From Thermodesulfobacteriota bacterium (lineage in GTDB: Bacteria; Desulfobacterota; Desulfarculia; JACQYL01), in assembly GCA_963675595.2 (NCBI GenBank), contig CAXXLZ010000002.1, positions 2,912,001-2,976,000 of the forward strand: a stretch of DNA of 64,000 nt, written 5' to 3'. The notes beneath the pieces are model-generated. The model was given only the letters and a program-made list of their open reading frames with translations. It had not been told where the DNA came from and made no database searches. The position numbers and the translations under genes are program-made. This document shows, piece after piece, positions 29,784-40,686 of this stretch. Position 1 is the stretch's first letter. Every line of letters begins with the position of its first letter.

Positions 29784-32420
29784 TTACTTCTCCCGGATCT
29801 CGAGAGTTACGCGCAAAGTGCCGTATTCGGCTTCCGAAGCGTGCGTTTCCGTTTGAATCCCGGTCAGCGAATCGAGAATGCACAAGTCCTGCTTCTCCGA
29901 TCCCGGACTCTCCACAATGGTCAACGCGGTCACCGTTCCGAAACGATTCACCAGCACCTTGAATTTAAAAGTGCCCGCACGACTCACGCACCGCTTTGCC
30001 ACGGAAACCACTTTTTCGCGAACGGCTTCCTCAAGAGCTTTGGTATCCGTCAAATCCTCGGCCTCGAATCCGAACTTGAAATCAAAGGCTTTCTTTTCCG
30101 GCTCCACCGGCTTCGCTTCTTCCACCTCCGCGCGAGGTGCTTCTTCGGCCAGGGCCGTCCGGTAACGGGCTCCCGTGGGCATGGGAGCCGCGGCGGCATA
30201 AGACGAACCCGGTAGGGCGGTGTCGGGCACGCCCTCGGGCAAAGGCAAGGGTTGCCGCACCGTGACTACTTCTCCGGTTTCATTCGCCACGTGGGTATCC
30301 ACCGCCACGAAAGAAGTGAAATCCGTGAGAAAATGATAGCAGAGCCCCAGGTTGGTAATGGCTGCCTCGAGGGACGCATCCTCGGGCAGCATGGTCCGTT
30401 GGTCCCCCAGTAACTCGACCCACTTCCTGGCCCAAAGCACGGCCAAAGGCGCATTCGAGGTTTCGGAGGATGCCGGTTGAATCGGCAGGGTTTCCACGTA
30501 GGGTTTTTTCCCTGTGGAGCCTGTGATGCGGATTCGGCCCGCCTGGTTTCCCTTCATGCGACCGAGCAGCAGCAAAGGACGGGCGGCCAACAAGTCCGGA
30601 AGGACTTGAGGCACCACATCGTAGGCTTCCATCCCCTCGAAGGACGCCTTGATATCGGTGAGCACCGGAGTATCGATGTACCTGCGAAAGCGGTCCGCCT
30701 CCTTGCCGGCCAGATCGGATCTCAGCACCACGAAAGGCTCTCCCTGCCCCGCCCGGGCCATGCCCTCGATGAGGGCCCGGTTTACGCTGACTCCGATGCC
30801 GAAGGCGAAAAGGTTGGACTCGTTGAGCCGCTCTCGGATGAATTGAAACGAGCGATTCTCGACCCCCACGAACCCATCCGTGATCACTACCACGGTCCGA
30901 GTCGCGGCATTCTCTCCTTCCGGCTTTGGGATGCCGTAAGCCTGCTCGAGACCCGTCATGAGCTCCGTGCCGCCGCCCCCCGCCTGCTTTCCTATGAGGT
31001 TCACCGCCTCTCGAATATTCTCCTCGGTAGCCGGAACGGAACCCGCGGGATGCATCACCTGCGAAGCACCCGCGAACAACACCACATTGAGCAGATCGGA
31101 CCGCTTCAGGTCGGAAAGAAGTCGTTCCATCAAGCTTTTTGCCGTGTCCAAGGGAAAGCCCCTCATGGAACCTGAGACATCCACCAAAAAAATGAACTCC
31201 CGGTCTGGAATCGGCAAGGTGGTAGCCCGCAACGGAGGTTCGATCATTACCATGAACCAGCCTCCATCGGGACCTTGGACGGTCGAAACCCCGGTTTCGA
31301 TGCGGTCCCCGGCGAGACGGTATCGAAGAATGAAGTCTTTGTTCCCGCCGTGCTTCTGATCCAGACGGATGACCGCGCTTTGCCTGGATTCGAAAAAAGC
31401 GGACACTTTGTGGGACGGAGAACCGATTTCTTTGATGGGAATCGAGGTTGCCAGCCGCACGCGAATGTCGAACTGATAGGGCTCCGGTTCCCCGGATTTG
31501 AGGTAGGGATTGGAGATCCAACGGTCTTTCAACGGATCCGCCCCACCACCGTAGCGTGGTCCCACCACCGCGGGAAACACGAATTCATATTGGGCGTTTT
31601 CCGGCACCAGAATCTCCGAATACTCCAGTTGCACCTCGATGCGGTCCCCGGGCATGATGTTCGCCACATTCATGGTAAAGACGTTGCTGCGTTCCTGTTC
31701 CAGCAACGAAGCCCGTTTCCCGGCCTCCTTGGCCTCCTCGTATTGTTTGCGAGCCTGAGCCCGTTTATCGATCACCGCCTCTATCGTTCGTTCCCCGATC
31801 CTCATTCTCATGCCGTGGACCGCGGCCCGCGTCGAGGCGGGAAACACATATACGGCTTCGATGGGTTTTTTCCCCGTGTTCTCGAACACCTGGAAGATTC
31901 GCACCCCGGCAATGACTCCCAGGATATCCGCCTCCACGCGGGTTTCCTTCATGGGAAGACGTTCGGTATCCGAATCTTCGCCGGGGACGAAGAAGTAGGG
32001 AGCAACGCTCTTTTCGCTTCGCTCTTCGCCGCGGGACATGGGAGAGGGAAATCGAACCGCTCTTCCGGTCAATCGGGCATTGGTTTCCTCAAGTACTCCC
32101 GATAACGAGGGAACCTCCTCACACGCTCGGGGCCTGGCGGCGTCCAAAGCGGTGCTTGGGCTCTCTCCCCAGGTGTAAATGGATTGCCCCAGTTGCGCCT
32201 CGATGTTCCCGCCGTGGGCGGGTGCTCCCGACAGTACCAGAGCCAGGATAAGAATGGACCCGAGCAAAGAGGAGCCGGTCCATCCCATTCCATTGCCGAA
32301 GGCGGCCCGTCGATGCATGGCCGATCCCTGACCCTCATGGTTTTTCATGCCGTCGTCTCCCTTTCCCGGCCCCCCGTTTTCCCGGGCCGTCTTGCGGAAC
32401 CGTTTGAGTCGTTCTCCCAT
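29784..32420 (-). CDS. Exported VIT plus von Willebrand A domain protein
   Basis: VIT motifs IEAVYVFP and AGKRASLLEQERSNVF; MIDAS DVSGSM, GGGTEL, ITDG and LFAFGIG; TSFVAVD. The start is probably downstream (32348 or later). Confidence 0.9.
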   Translation of the reverse strand: MGERLKRFRKTARENGGPGKGDDGMKNHEGQGSAMHRRAAFGNGMGWTGSSLLGSILILALVLSGAPAHGGNIEAQLGQSIYTWGESPSTALDAARPRACEEVPSLSGVLEETNARLTGRAVRFPSPMSRGEERSEKSVAPYFFVPGEDSDTERLPMKETRVEADILGVIAGVRIFQVFENTGKKPIEAVYVFPASTRAAVHGMRMRIGERTIEAVIDKRAQARKQYEEAKEAGKRASLLEQERSNVFTMNVANIMPGDRIEVQLEYSEILVPENAQYEFVFPAVVGPRYGGGADPLKDRWISNPYLKSGEPEPYQFDIRVRLATSIPIKEIGSPSHKVSAFFESRQSAVIRLDQKHGGNKDFILRYRLAGDRIETGVSTVQGPDGGWFMVMIEPPLRATTLPIPDREFIFLVDVSGSMRGFPLDTAKSLMERLLSDLKRSDLLNVVLFAGASQVMHPAGSVPATEENIREAVNLIGKQAGGGGTELMTGLEQAYGIPKPEGENAATRTVVVITDGFVGVENRSFQFIRERLNESNLFAFGIGVSVNRALIEGMARAGQGEPFVVLRSDLAGKEADRFRRYIDTPVLTDIKASFEGMEAYDVVPQVLPDLLAARPLLLLGRMKGNQAGRIRITGSTGKKPYVETLPIQPASSETSNAPLAVLWARKWVELLGDQRTMLPEDASLEAAITNLGLCYHFLTDFTSFVAVDTHVANETGEVVTVRQPLPLPEGVPDTALPGSSYAAAAPMPTGARYRTALAEEAPRAEVEEAKPVEPEKKAFDFKFGFEAEDLTDTKALEEAVREKVVSVAKRCVSRAGTFKFKVLVNRFGTVTALTIVESPGSEKQDLCILDSLTGIQTETHASEAEYGTLRVTLEIREK

Positions 32421-32733
32421 TCCCTTCTATGGAATCCTTTGTTTCTTCACGGTTTCCCGGGAACTGCAACAAAGTCGTCAAACAAACGTCAAGCCGATGT
32501 CCTCACCGAACGCCCCCCGTTGTGCTAATAGACCGGGCCTGAAACGTCCGGTTGTTCCTAAGACCCTTCGGGAGGTCGGGAGGTTAAAAGACCGAACTTC
32601 ACAGAAAACCACTAGAAACAACGGAAACCTGTTCGCGGACGTTTCTCAAGGATCCGTTCACAAGTCCGGCTCCCTTTGCGCGTATTTCCTCTCTTCGAAC
32701 GCGCGACGCGGTTCCGCCACATTGAGGTGAATC

Positions 32734-34059
32734 TTGATCGAGCTCATTCGCAGCGCACGCAGGCTTTGGAAGAATCGAATTCCTTCACAGGCGGTCATTC
32801 AGGTTACGGATCGCTGTAATGCCCGGTGCCCCCAATGCGGCATGCGGGTAACCGAAACCTTCCCCAGATCGACGCTGCCCATGGACGATCTCCGACGCAT
32901 CATCGACCATGCGGCGGAAAAGGGTGTTCAGGTCATTTCCTTTACCGGAGGCGAACCTCTCCTGCTTCTGGAAGACGTGGCCGCCCTCATCCGCCATGCG
33001 GGTCGAGCAGGCATCCGGTTTATTCGAACGGGTACAAACGGCTTTCTGTTCGCCCGACCCGACAGTCCGGGATTTGAAGCCCGTGTTCGCCGAACGGTGG
33101 AAGCATTGGCGTCGACTCCTCTACGGAACTTCTGGATCAGTGTGGATTCCGCAGTGCCGGAAGTTCACGAGCGGATGAGAGGTTTTCCCGACGTAATTCG
33201 AGGCGTGGAAAAGGCGCTTCCCTATTTCCACGAAGCGGGACTCTACCCTTCCGCCAATCTGGGCATCAACCGTAACATGGCGGGTGATCCCGCCCTCTCG
33301 GGCCTGGACGGCTCCGGGCATTCGCCGGAAACATTCTATCACGCCTGCCGATCCGCGTTCCGTAGATTCTTCGACTTCGTCATCGATCTGGGATTTACCG
33401 CGGTGAACGTCTGCTACCCGATGAGCGTCGAGGAACCCGAGCGTGAAGCGGGGCTGAATGCCGTATACGGCGCCGCGGCCGCCGATCGGATCGTGCGTTT
33501 CTCTCGACGGGAAAAATCCGTTCTGTTCAAAGCCCTCGGCGACATGCTGCCCGAAGTTCGCCCTCGTATTCGGGCTTTCTCGCCGCTCTGTTCACTGCTG
33601 GCGCTGCACCGTCAATATGCGGACAACGGCGGTCCCGCGCCCAACCCGTGTCGAGGCGGGATCGATTTCTTTTTCATCGAAGCGGGAAGCGGTCATACCT
33701 ACCCCTGCGGATATCGGGGTCGAGAAAACCTGGGAAGATTCTGGGAACTGGATCCGGACCGCCTGGATCCGGACCGCCTGGATCCGGACGCGGCATCCTG
33801 CCTTTTGTGTGATTGGGAGTGCTTCAGGGATCCTTCGGAGCTGTTCAGCCCGTTACTACAGGTGATTGATTCTCCTTTTCGGACCGCCGCTCGGTGGAAA
33901 AACGATCCGGAATACCTGGCCGCATGGATTCACGATATGCGGTACTACTTCGCCTGCAACCTGTTCGACGGTCGAGTTCCCCCGGATTTCAAGCGCCTGA
34001 AGCGTTTCTCGCCTCAAAGTCGGGCGGAGAACCCAAGGTTCGTTGCTCAAAGCCTTTGA
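32734..34059 (+). CDS. Radical SAM protein with a C-terminal SPASM/twitch-like Cys cluster
   Basis: CNARCPQC, SFTGGEP, TGTNG and CRGG...YPC...CLLCDWEC. Confidence 0.88.
   Translation: MIELIRSARRLWKNRIPSQAVIQVTDRCNARCPQCGMRVTETFPRSTLPMDDLRRIIDHAAEKGVQVISFTGGEPLLLLEDVAALIRHAGRAGIRFIRTGTNGFLFARPDSPGFEARVRRTVEALASTPLRNFWISVDSAVPEVHERMRGFPDVIRGVEKALPYFHEAGLYPSANLGINRNMAGDPALSGLDGSGHSPETFYHACRSAFRRFFDFVIDLGFTAVNVCYPMSVEEPEREAGLNAVYGAAAADRIVRFSRREKSVLFKALGDMLPEVRPRIRAFSPLCSLLALHRQYADNGGPAPNPCRGGIDFFFIEAGSGHTYPCGYRGRENLGRFWELDPDRLDPDRLDPDAASCLLCDWECFRDPSELFSPLLQVIDSPFRTAARWKNDPEYLAAWIHDMRYYFACNLFDGRVPPDFKRLKRFSPQSRAENPRFVAQSL
33748..33789 (+). repeat. In-frame 15-bp tandem repeat (2.8 copies) encoding LDPDR-LDPDR-LDPD
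   Basis: CTGGATCCGGACCGC twice, then CTGGATCCGGAC. Confidence 0.9.
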
Positions 34060-34321
34060 GGGAAACCGAGAGACCCCTTCGAAGTCCCTTCCCCTGCGCC
34101 GGAAGTCGGAGAACGGAAAGGGAAAGAGGCCGACACGTCGAAGGGGAGTATTTCTCAAAGAATAACACCCGACGAATCCTTCACTCCGAAAGGTGGGGCC
34201 GTCTGTGAGAAGCCGCCCAACCGTTCCCATCGGATTCGTCGGGTGTCGATTCCGCCGCCGTTTTTTGGGCCGCCGGCTTCGGCCGGCGGCTCCGGCGATA
34301 TGGCGGCCCGGCACTCCGATT

Positions 34322-35623
34322 TCAGAGCAGTTTCGCTCCCAGCTCCGCCACTTGGGAACGTTCCCCCTTCAACAGGGTGACATGCCCGGCCACTTCCTCG
34401 TCCTTGAGCTTTTCCACCAAGTAGGAAAGCCCGTTGCTGCTGGCATCCAAATAAGGATGATCGATCTGCTCGGGGTCCCCTGTAAATACGATCTTGCTGC
34501 CTTCCCCCACCCTGGTGATCAGCGTTTTCACCATGTTGGGGGTCAGGTTCTGGGCTTCGTCGCACAGGATGAACTGGCCTGGAATGCTTCTACCCCGAAT
34601 GTAGGTGAGCGCCTCCATCTCGAGAACGCCCCTGGCCGACAGATCCTCTAGGATCCCGTAGGGTTCCGAAGCGCTGTGAAACAAATATTCAAGATTATCG
34701 TAGATCGGCTGCATCCAGGGGCGCAGCTTCTCTTCTTTGGAACCCGGCAGATATCCCAGGTCGTTTCCTATGGGAATGACGGGACGAGTAATCAGGAAAC
34801 GGCTGTACTCGCCGTGCTCCACGACCTTTTCCATTCCCACGGCCAGGGCCAGGAGTGTTTTTCCCGTTCCTGCCGCTCCCACAAGAGTCACGACTTTCAC
34901 CGAGTCGTCCATGAGCAGGTCCAAGGCGAACTTCTGTTCCTTGTTCCGGGCTTTGATTCCCCAGGCACGGACGTTCTCGTTTTTCAGAGGGTACAGCATC
35001 TCCCGCAAATACCGACACAACGCGGACTGGGAGGGGTTCTCACCGTTCTTCAGCACGAAGAAGCGGTGAGGGGCCGGGACCATTTCTTCAGGCCAGGGCA
35101 GTTGCTCTTCTTTGAAAAACCGGTCCAGCTGCTCGGAAGTGACGTAGAGGTCCCCCGTCCCGGTGTAAAGTTGCGTGTAATCCACTTTGTCCGTAGTGAA
35201 ATCTTCGGCCTGAATTCCCAGCACGTCCGCTTTGATGCGCAGGTTCAGGTCTTTGGTCACGAGTATGACGGGTTCGTCCTTCACCAGGGCAAGATTGTAG
35301 GCCACGGACAAAATGCGATTGTCGTATTTCTCCGGGTCCAGCCCTTTGGGGAAACTCATGATTTCCTGATGGTTCAGCTCGATCTTGAGCCGTCCCTGGA
35401 CGGGCAAGGCCACTCCCTTGGAAAGATTGCCCAAACTGCGCATGGAGTCCAGATATTGGGAAACCATGCGGGCGTGACGTCCGATCTCGTCTTGGTCTTT
35501 CTTTCGGTTGTCGATTTCCTCGATTACGGCAAGGGGGATGACCACGTTGTTGTCTTTGAAGGAGAAAACGGATTGGGGATTATGAAGGAGTATATTTGTG
35601 TCCAATACATAAGTCTTGATCAT
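34322..35623 (-). CDS. PhoH-family protein (PIN domain plus PhoH ATPase; PhoH2/YlaK type)
   Basis: YVLDTNILLH PIN start, GAAGTGKT, LGYLPG, YIRGRS, DEAQN and TGDPEQID. Confidence 0.95.
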   Translation of the reverse strand: MIKTYVLDTNILLHNPQSVFSFKDNNVVIPLAVIEEIDNRKKDQDEIGRHARMVSQYLDSMRSLGNLSKGVALPVQGRLKIELNHQEIMSFPKGLDPEKYDNRILSVAYNLALVKDEPVILVTKDLNLRIKADVLGIQAEDFTTDKVDYTQLYTGTGDLYVTSEQLDRFFKEEQLPWPEEMVPAPHRFFVLKNGENPSQSALCRYLREMLYPLKNENVRAWGIKARNKEQKFALDLLMDDSVKVVTLVGAAGTGKTLLALAVGMEKVVEHGEYSRFLITRPVIPIGNDLGYLPGSKEEKLRPWMQPIYDNLEYLFHSASEPYGILEDLSARGVLEMEALTYIRGRSIPGQFILCDEAQNLTPNMVKTLITRVGEGSKIVFTGDPEQIDHPYLDASSNGLSYLVEKLKDEEVAGHVTLLKGERSQVAELGAKLL

Positions 35624-36234
35624 TTATCTTTTCCGTTCCGTGAAAGATTGGAAGTGAACAGATAAAGTATGAAATCGTTTAGGCGGGCCGCCGAGTGAAG
35701 TTCAGCAGAAGACCGGGATGGATCGAAAACATGAGCTACCCTTGCATGGGTGGGAAGGTAAACCGAAAGGAAGAAGACCGCCCCGAAGGAACGACCGACT
35801 CGATTTCGCCGACGCTCCTCGGCTTGAGGTGGAAAACAAGGGGCGGTTCCGTCCGCTCGGGATTGGGACGATGCGGCCGTTGAATATTGTGCCGACCCTC
35901 CCAATAGGCGTTTCGGCACATCAACCCTGGAAGAGACCCCGCGTCCATGGGACTGCGGCCTTTCACGGGTCCGCCGAGTTTTCTCCGGCGTGGGGCTTGG
36001 GAATAATTCGCGGGAACGGGTAAGAAGCGGAAAAGCAGAGGCTGGAAGCGGGTTCACGAAAAGCCGCCCACCCGGCACTTCGGGCCGACCTTCTAAGACC
36101 ATCAAATTATTACCGCAGCCGGCAAGCGAAAGCAAAAGGAATTCGCTTTCAACAGAGAAGATATCATACCGCTCCCGCGTTTGGGACTGGCTAAACGGAT
36201 ATGGGACGACGTTCTTCACGCCTCGTCGGGGAAT

Positions 36235-38694
36235 TCAGACGGCCTCTGCAAAAACGGGCGGTTCATCCGCCTGAACCTCGGGAAATCGTCCTTGATACAT
36301 CTCCCAAGTCTCGTCGAACGCCTGCTCGAAGGACCTATCTTCCATGTATTTCCTCGCGGCTTTGCCCATTTCCCTCAGGCGAAGGGGGTTTCGGATTAGA
36401 CCGTTCAAGCCCTCCAGGAGAGCGGTGCCGTCGTCGCCCCGAACCACGATGCCCGTTTTGCCCTGGATGACGTTTTCCTGAGGCCCCCCCAGATCCGTGA
36501 CCACCACGGGAATGCCCGAAGCCTGGGCTTCCAGCACGACGTTCCCGAACGTATCGGTCGTACTGGGAAACACGAACAGATCACACGAAGCGTAGAGCCT
36601 AGCCAGGGGCTCGCCTTTCAAGTACCCGGTGAAGATGCAGGGCAATCCTTTCAGTTCCTTCTTCATACCTTCCATGTACGGTCCGTCCCCCGCGAGGATG
36701 AGGGAAAGATTGTCCATCCGGGTCGCCAGAGTTCTGAAGACCTCGGCCAGAAGATGCAGGTTCTTCTCCTTGGAAATCCGGCCCACATAAAGCAGCTTGA
36801 TCCGGTCCGGCTCCACGTATTTCCGAATGAATTCCGGGTCCTTACGAGAGGGATGGAAGCGCTCGATGTCGATTCCCCGGGGAATGACTCGTATCTTTTG
36901 GGGAGAAATACCTTTGGAGATGAGCTCGTCCCCCGTACTTTTCGATGGAACGTACACGACCTTCAACTGGTCGTAGTACCAGACGACATACTTCCACATC
37001 AGGTCTTCAATGAGGTAGTCCTTGGTTAGATAACGCGCGTATTGGGGAAGCGAGGTGTGGTAGGTCCCGCTGATGGGCAATTTGAGGATTTTCGCGGCTC
37101 CCAACGCCGCCAAACCTATGGGACCGGGTGTGGCCGTGTTGATGTGAGTGAACTGATTTTCGAAACAGTAGTTGAGTATTTCCAGAAAAGGAGGTGAGAA
37201 GAGCTTTTGCTCCGGGTATTCGGGAAGCTCATACGTGGCGATGGGCGTGAAATTGCACACACCGGCCTGCTCGTCGTGCTCCTTCACGTCGCATGTGATC
37301 ACCGAGTATTCCTTCCCGGTCTTCCTGGCCAATTGAAGTTGCTGCTGAAGGGTCAATGCGACGCCGTTCACCTCATAGAACGTATCGGTGAAATGGGCGA
37401 TCCTGGCCTGGGAGACGTCGGTACGAACACCGCCGACTCTCCCGAAACGAGCGGCGATGCGCTTGGTTAGCTGCCGATCTTTGGCAAACAGGGAGAAGGA
37501 TACAAAATAAGGGGCGAGCATGGAATAGAGAGTCCCCGCCGATCCTATCGTGCTGAATATGTTGAAAATATTTCCACCCGAGAGGTGTCCCATGAGATGA
37601 TCGCCGAAGTGGAGAAGCACCCGGTTGGAAATCTGATTCACGAACTCAAACCATTTCTGTTCCAGTTCCACGCCGCTTCCGTTGCGGCCGCCGACCAGCT
37701 TCATCAGTTTGGGGTCGTCCGCGAGGAGCTTGTGGCCTTCCCGTCGAAGCACCTGTTGAATGCTTCCGGCCTTACCGCCCGTCTTGGGCTTTTTCCGGTA
37801 GTTCCAGTAATAGTAGAGCTTTGACAGCATACCGGGCTCCTGGTCCACCTTTCCGTGCAGAATCCGGTCCAGAAAGCGGAGGAGACGATCCCACTGGAGA
37901 TGGCGATCCAGATCAAACCGGTGTTTGTAGAACTGGTAGGCGATCCCATAAAGGTTGTGGGAGAGGGTCAAAGGCGTCGAGGCCTTGCCGTGTGTACGGG
38001 ATCCGCCGTTGAGGACTCCCGCGAAAAATTCATCGAGGCCGCCCGCACCCGCCACTTGGGTGAAGTTGCGGGCCACGTTCAGGGAACTGTGGTCGTCGGA
38101 GCCGGCAACGAGGTTTTTCTTCCAGGGTTCGGGGAAACGGGGTTCGATCCCGTGCCGATCCGCCAGTTCCGCGATGATTTCCGGGGCCAGTCCATCCAGA
38201 ATCGTGCGAAGAATCTGATTCTGCCACTCGTCCCGTGCTCCGTTCAGCTCGAAATTCTTGAACAGCAGAAGCATCTTTTCGAAATGCTGCACGGTGAGCC
38301 TGTCGTTTACCGAATACAGCGGATGGGCGAGGACATGGACAATGCCCTCTTTTTGCAGGTACTCCACCAAGTCGAAAACATTGGGCCGCGCCTTCTGGAT
38401 ATCCTCATACCGTCTCTCGTCGATGTTATATACCAGGACGTGGACCTTGCAGTTGTCTTCCGGGAAATAACTGGTGGCTTCCATGCCGACGAACGTACCG
38501 GGCAAGTGGGCGATTTCAAGAGCGCCGGAAATGGAATTGTGGTCGGTGATGGTCACCAACGACATGCCTCTTTCCTTGGCGATTTTGTACACCTGTGCGG
38601 GGTCCGTGAAACTCTCCGGACATCCCAGCTTCTGCAGGACCCATTGGGAAGGCCTGGTGGAATACTTGGAGTGAACGTGCAGGTCGATCTTCAT
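36235..38694 (-). CDS. PHP-domain / GT4 glycosyltransferase fusion
   Basis: MKIDLHVHS, TITDHN and GSDDH (PHP); FTDTFYEVNGV, TPGPIG, YVGRISKEKN and DTFGNVVLEAQASG (GT4). Confidence 0.9.
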   Translation of the reverse strand: MKIDLHVHSKYSTRPSQWVLQKLGCPESFTDPAQVYKIAKERGMSLVTITDHNSISGALEIAHLPGTFVGMEATSYFPEDNCKVHVLVYNIDERRYEDIQKARPNVFDLVEYLQKEGIVHVLAHPLYSVNDRLTVQHFEKMLLLFKNFELNGARDEWQNQILRTILDGLAPEIIAELADRHGIEPRFPEPWKKNLVAGSDDHSSLNVARNFTQVAGAGGLDEFFAGVLNGGSRTHGKASTPLTLSHNLYGIAYQFYKHRFDLDRHLQWDRLLRFLDRILHGKVDQEPGMLSKLYYYWNYRKKPKTGGKAGSIQQVLRREGHKLLADDPKLMKLVGGRNGSGVELEQKWFEFVNQISNRVLLHFGDHLMGHLSGGNIFNIFSTIGSAGTLYSMLAPYFVSFSLFAKDRQLTKRIAARFGRVGGVRTDVSQARIAHFTDTFYEVNGVALTLQQQLQLARKTGKEYSVITCDVKEHDEQAGVCNFTPIATYELPEYPEQKLFSPPFLEILNYCFENQFTHINTATPGPIGLAALGAAKILKLPISGTYHTSLPQYARYLTKDYLIEDLMWKYVVWYYDQLKVVYVPSKSTGDELISKGISPQKIRVIPRGIDIERFHPSRKDPEFIRKYVEPDRIKLLYVGRISKEKNLHLLAEVFRTLATRMDNLSLILAGDGPYMEGMKKELKGLPCIFTGYLKGEPLARLYASCDLFVFPSTTDTFGNVVLEAQASGIPVVVTDLGGPQENVIQGKTGIVVRGDDGTALLEGLNGLIRNPLRLREMGKAARKYMEDRSFEQAFDETWEMYQGRFPEVQADEPPVFAEAV

Positions 38695-39295
38695 GACAGC
38701 CCTTTCAGCATGTGGAGTTCCATGCACGCCCCGGCGCTTGAATCTTTGACGCGGAAGACGCACGAGGCATCAGGATCCTCGTCTTCGGCTCGGGGCGGAA
38801 CTCCTTCTTCTGTGTAAACGGATTCCGGTTGCGCTTCGATCGGTTCACAAATCCCTGGGAAGGATACGGATCAGCCTGCCGGCCTCAGGAGCCCAAGAGC
38901 CTCGAAAGTTCGGGGCGTGCGCCCGTCTACGATCCCGTGGTCAAACGCGTGAACGTTTGTTGAACTCTATTTTGGCTGCGACATGTAATGGAGCGATTTG
39001 ACGATGGTGTTTCGATTGTCGGAATATTCGAAGGAGGGCTGTTTTTTTCAGTGCGTGAGAGAAGACAAAACTCTGTTGTGCCTTCAAGACGCTATGGTTG
39101 GATTGGAGTGAAGAAAAGGAGCGAATTACCGCGGAGACGCCAAAGTTTAGGGTCTAAGTCTTGAACCCACGGTTTTGAAATCAAAAAGAGGAAAGATCGG
39201 ATTCGAGAACATGCGAACACATGGTGAAACCATGCTTCGACACGAGTTGAAGTCGATGGCTTCACAGTATGGTTATTGCGCTCAGGACCGAGCTT

Positions 39296-39514
39296 TCAGG
39301 GCTTTCCGTCCGGGAACGTCTTGCAGCTCTCATACCATAGACACTGCGTCTCTCCGCAAAGCTGAACCCTTTCGGTGAAAAAGCAGGGCACGTTCCCTTC
39401 CCGTTCTTGTATGGTTCTGATCAAATCCACCTTTTTCATGCCCCAGCAGTTGATCCCCAAGCCTTTGGCCATCCGCTGCACTTCTTTCATTTTCACGGCG
39501 GCAACCTCTCTCAT
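39296..39514 (-). CDS. Small SAP/Rho-N-like protein with a Cys-rich tail
   Basis: MKEVQRMAKGLGI...MKKVDLIRTIQEREGNVPCF...C...CLWYESC. Confidence 0.75.
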   Translation of the reverse strand: MREVAAVKMKEVQRMAKGLGINCWGMKKVDLIRTIQEREGNVPCFFTERVQLCGETQCLWYESCKTFPDGKP

Positions 39515-39883
39515 CCGTTTCTTCCTATAAATGGCATAATTCGAAGAATTCGCGGAGACATTGATCCAAGACTACATGATCGGTATTCAGTTCACCGTAG
39601 CGTCTACGGAACACTGCAAGTTGAACTTCACCAACTAGTTTCACTGAATCATGAGGACAAGTCAAGCGGAGAACGGCCGGGCGGCCGCCCCATGAACGAT
39701 GGGGCCTTGCCGGATGTAGGGTTTCCGAAGCACCGGAATTCTTCGTGGATACCGGAAGACGGCGTCGCCGGGGACGACCATCGGAGATTTGAGTCTTCCG
39801 AAGGGCATCCCGGCCGGGCGCCTTACCCCGCCGCACGGGAATTCTCTTCGACGGAAGCGCCGTCGAAGAGAATTGACGGCGGT

Positions 39884-40405
39884 TCAGGTCAATGCCGCAA
39901 GAGCTTCGGTTTCCGCTGCGCCCATCACGCGATCGATGTCCAGCAGGATAATGACCATTTTGTCCATCTTGGCCATGCTCATGATGAAATCGGTTTCCAG
40001 CCTGCTTCCAAAGGTCGGAGGGGGCTCCATCTGGTCGGCCTTGAGATTGACCACCTCCCGAACCGAATCCACCACGATCCCCATCTGGAGAGAGCCCTCT
40101 TTGCCGCCCGACACTTCCACCACGATGATACATGTGCGGGCGTCATACTCTTTGGCGGGCATGCCGAACTTAAGGCGGAGGTCCACTACGGGAATCACCT
40201 TACCCCGCAGGTTGATCACACCTTTCACATAATCCGGCGTTTGGGGAATGGACGTGATGTCCATCATCCCTATAATTTCTTTGATCTTCAGGATATCAAT
40301 CCCATAGACCTCATCCGAGAGCGTAAAAGTAAGGTACTTTCCCTCTTTCGACGAGACTTTCGCGGGCGTCTTTTCGGCGAGGGCCGCCTCGTTCGCCATT
40401 CCCAT
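39884..40405 (-). CDS. cheW: Chemotaxis coupling protein CheW (orphan)
   Basis: KYLTFTL..EVYGIDILKIKEII, VKGVINLRGKVIPVVDLRLKFG and GIVVDSVREV. Confidence 0.95.
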   Translation of the reverse strand: MGMANEAALAEKTPAKVSSKEGKYLTFTLSDEVYGIDILKIKEIIGMMDITSIPQTPDYVKGVINLRGKVIPVVDLRLKFGMPAKEYDARTCIIVVEVSGGKEGSLQMGIVVDSVREVVNLKADQMEPPPTFGSRLETDFIMSMAKMDKMVIILLDIDRVMGAAETEALAALT

Positions 40406-40686
40406 CCTCCTTTGCCCGGCCGCCGGACCGATATGATTGAGGCTTCGTCCCGGGGCGCGCTCCTGATGGTTAATCTATCGAGTGTACCTGGAGAATTTCC
40501 AAAAAGGATGACTCCCGACGAACCTTCCGATGGCTGCACGGTTCCGATTCGCCCGGATGACCGGAAAAACACCGGCACGTCCGCCAACCGTCCAAGAAAC
40601 ATGCGCCGCTTTTCGGAGACTTGAATATGGCCTCCATCTTACGACATAGCCTTGTTCGAGGTCTCATATCAAGCGCATTTTGGCAC

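Noticed and set aside
33748-33789. CRISPR-like repeats here or elsewhere in the window
   Set aside because: The units are contiguous with no spacers, and no cas genes or regularly spaced repeats were seen.
35620-36219. 199-aa ORF upstream of phoH2
   Set aside because: Low-complexity Ser/Arg/Pro composition and no homology; more likely non-coding leader.
39115-39200. c-di-GMP-I riboswitch-like string GACGCCAAAGTTTAGGGTCTAAG
   Set aside because: Only a partial resemblance, with no complete P1/P2 pairing seen and no co-oriented gene downstream. An Rfam scan would settle it.
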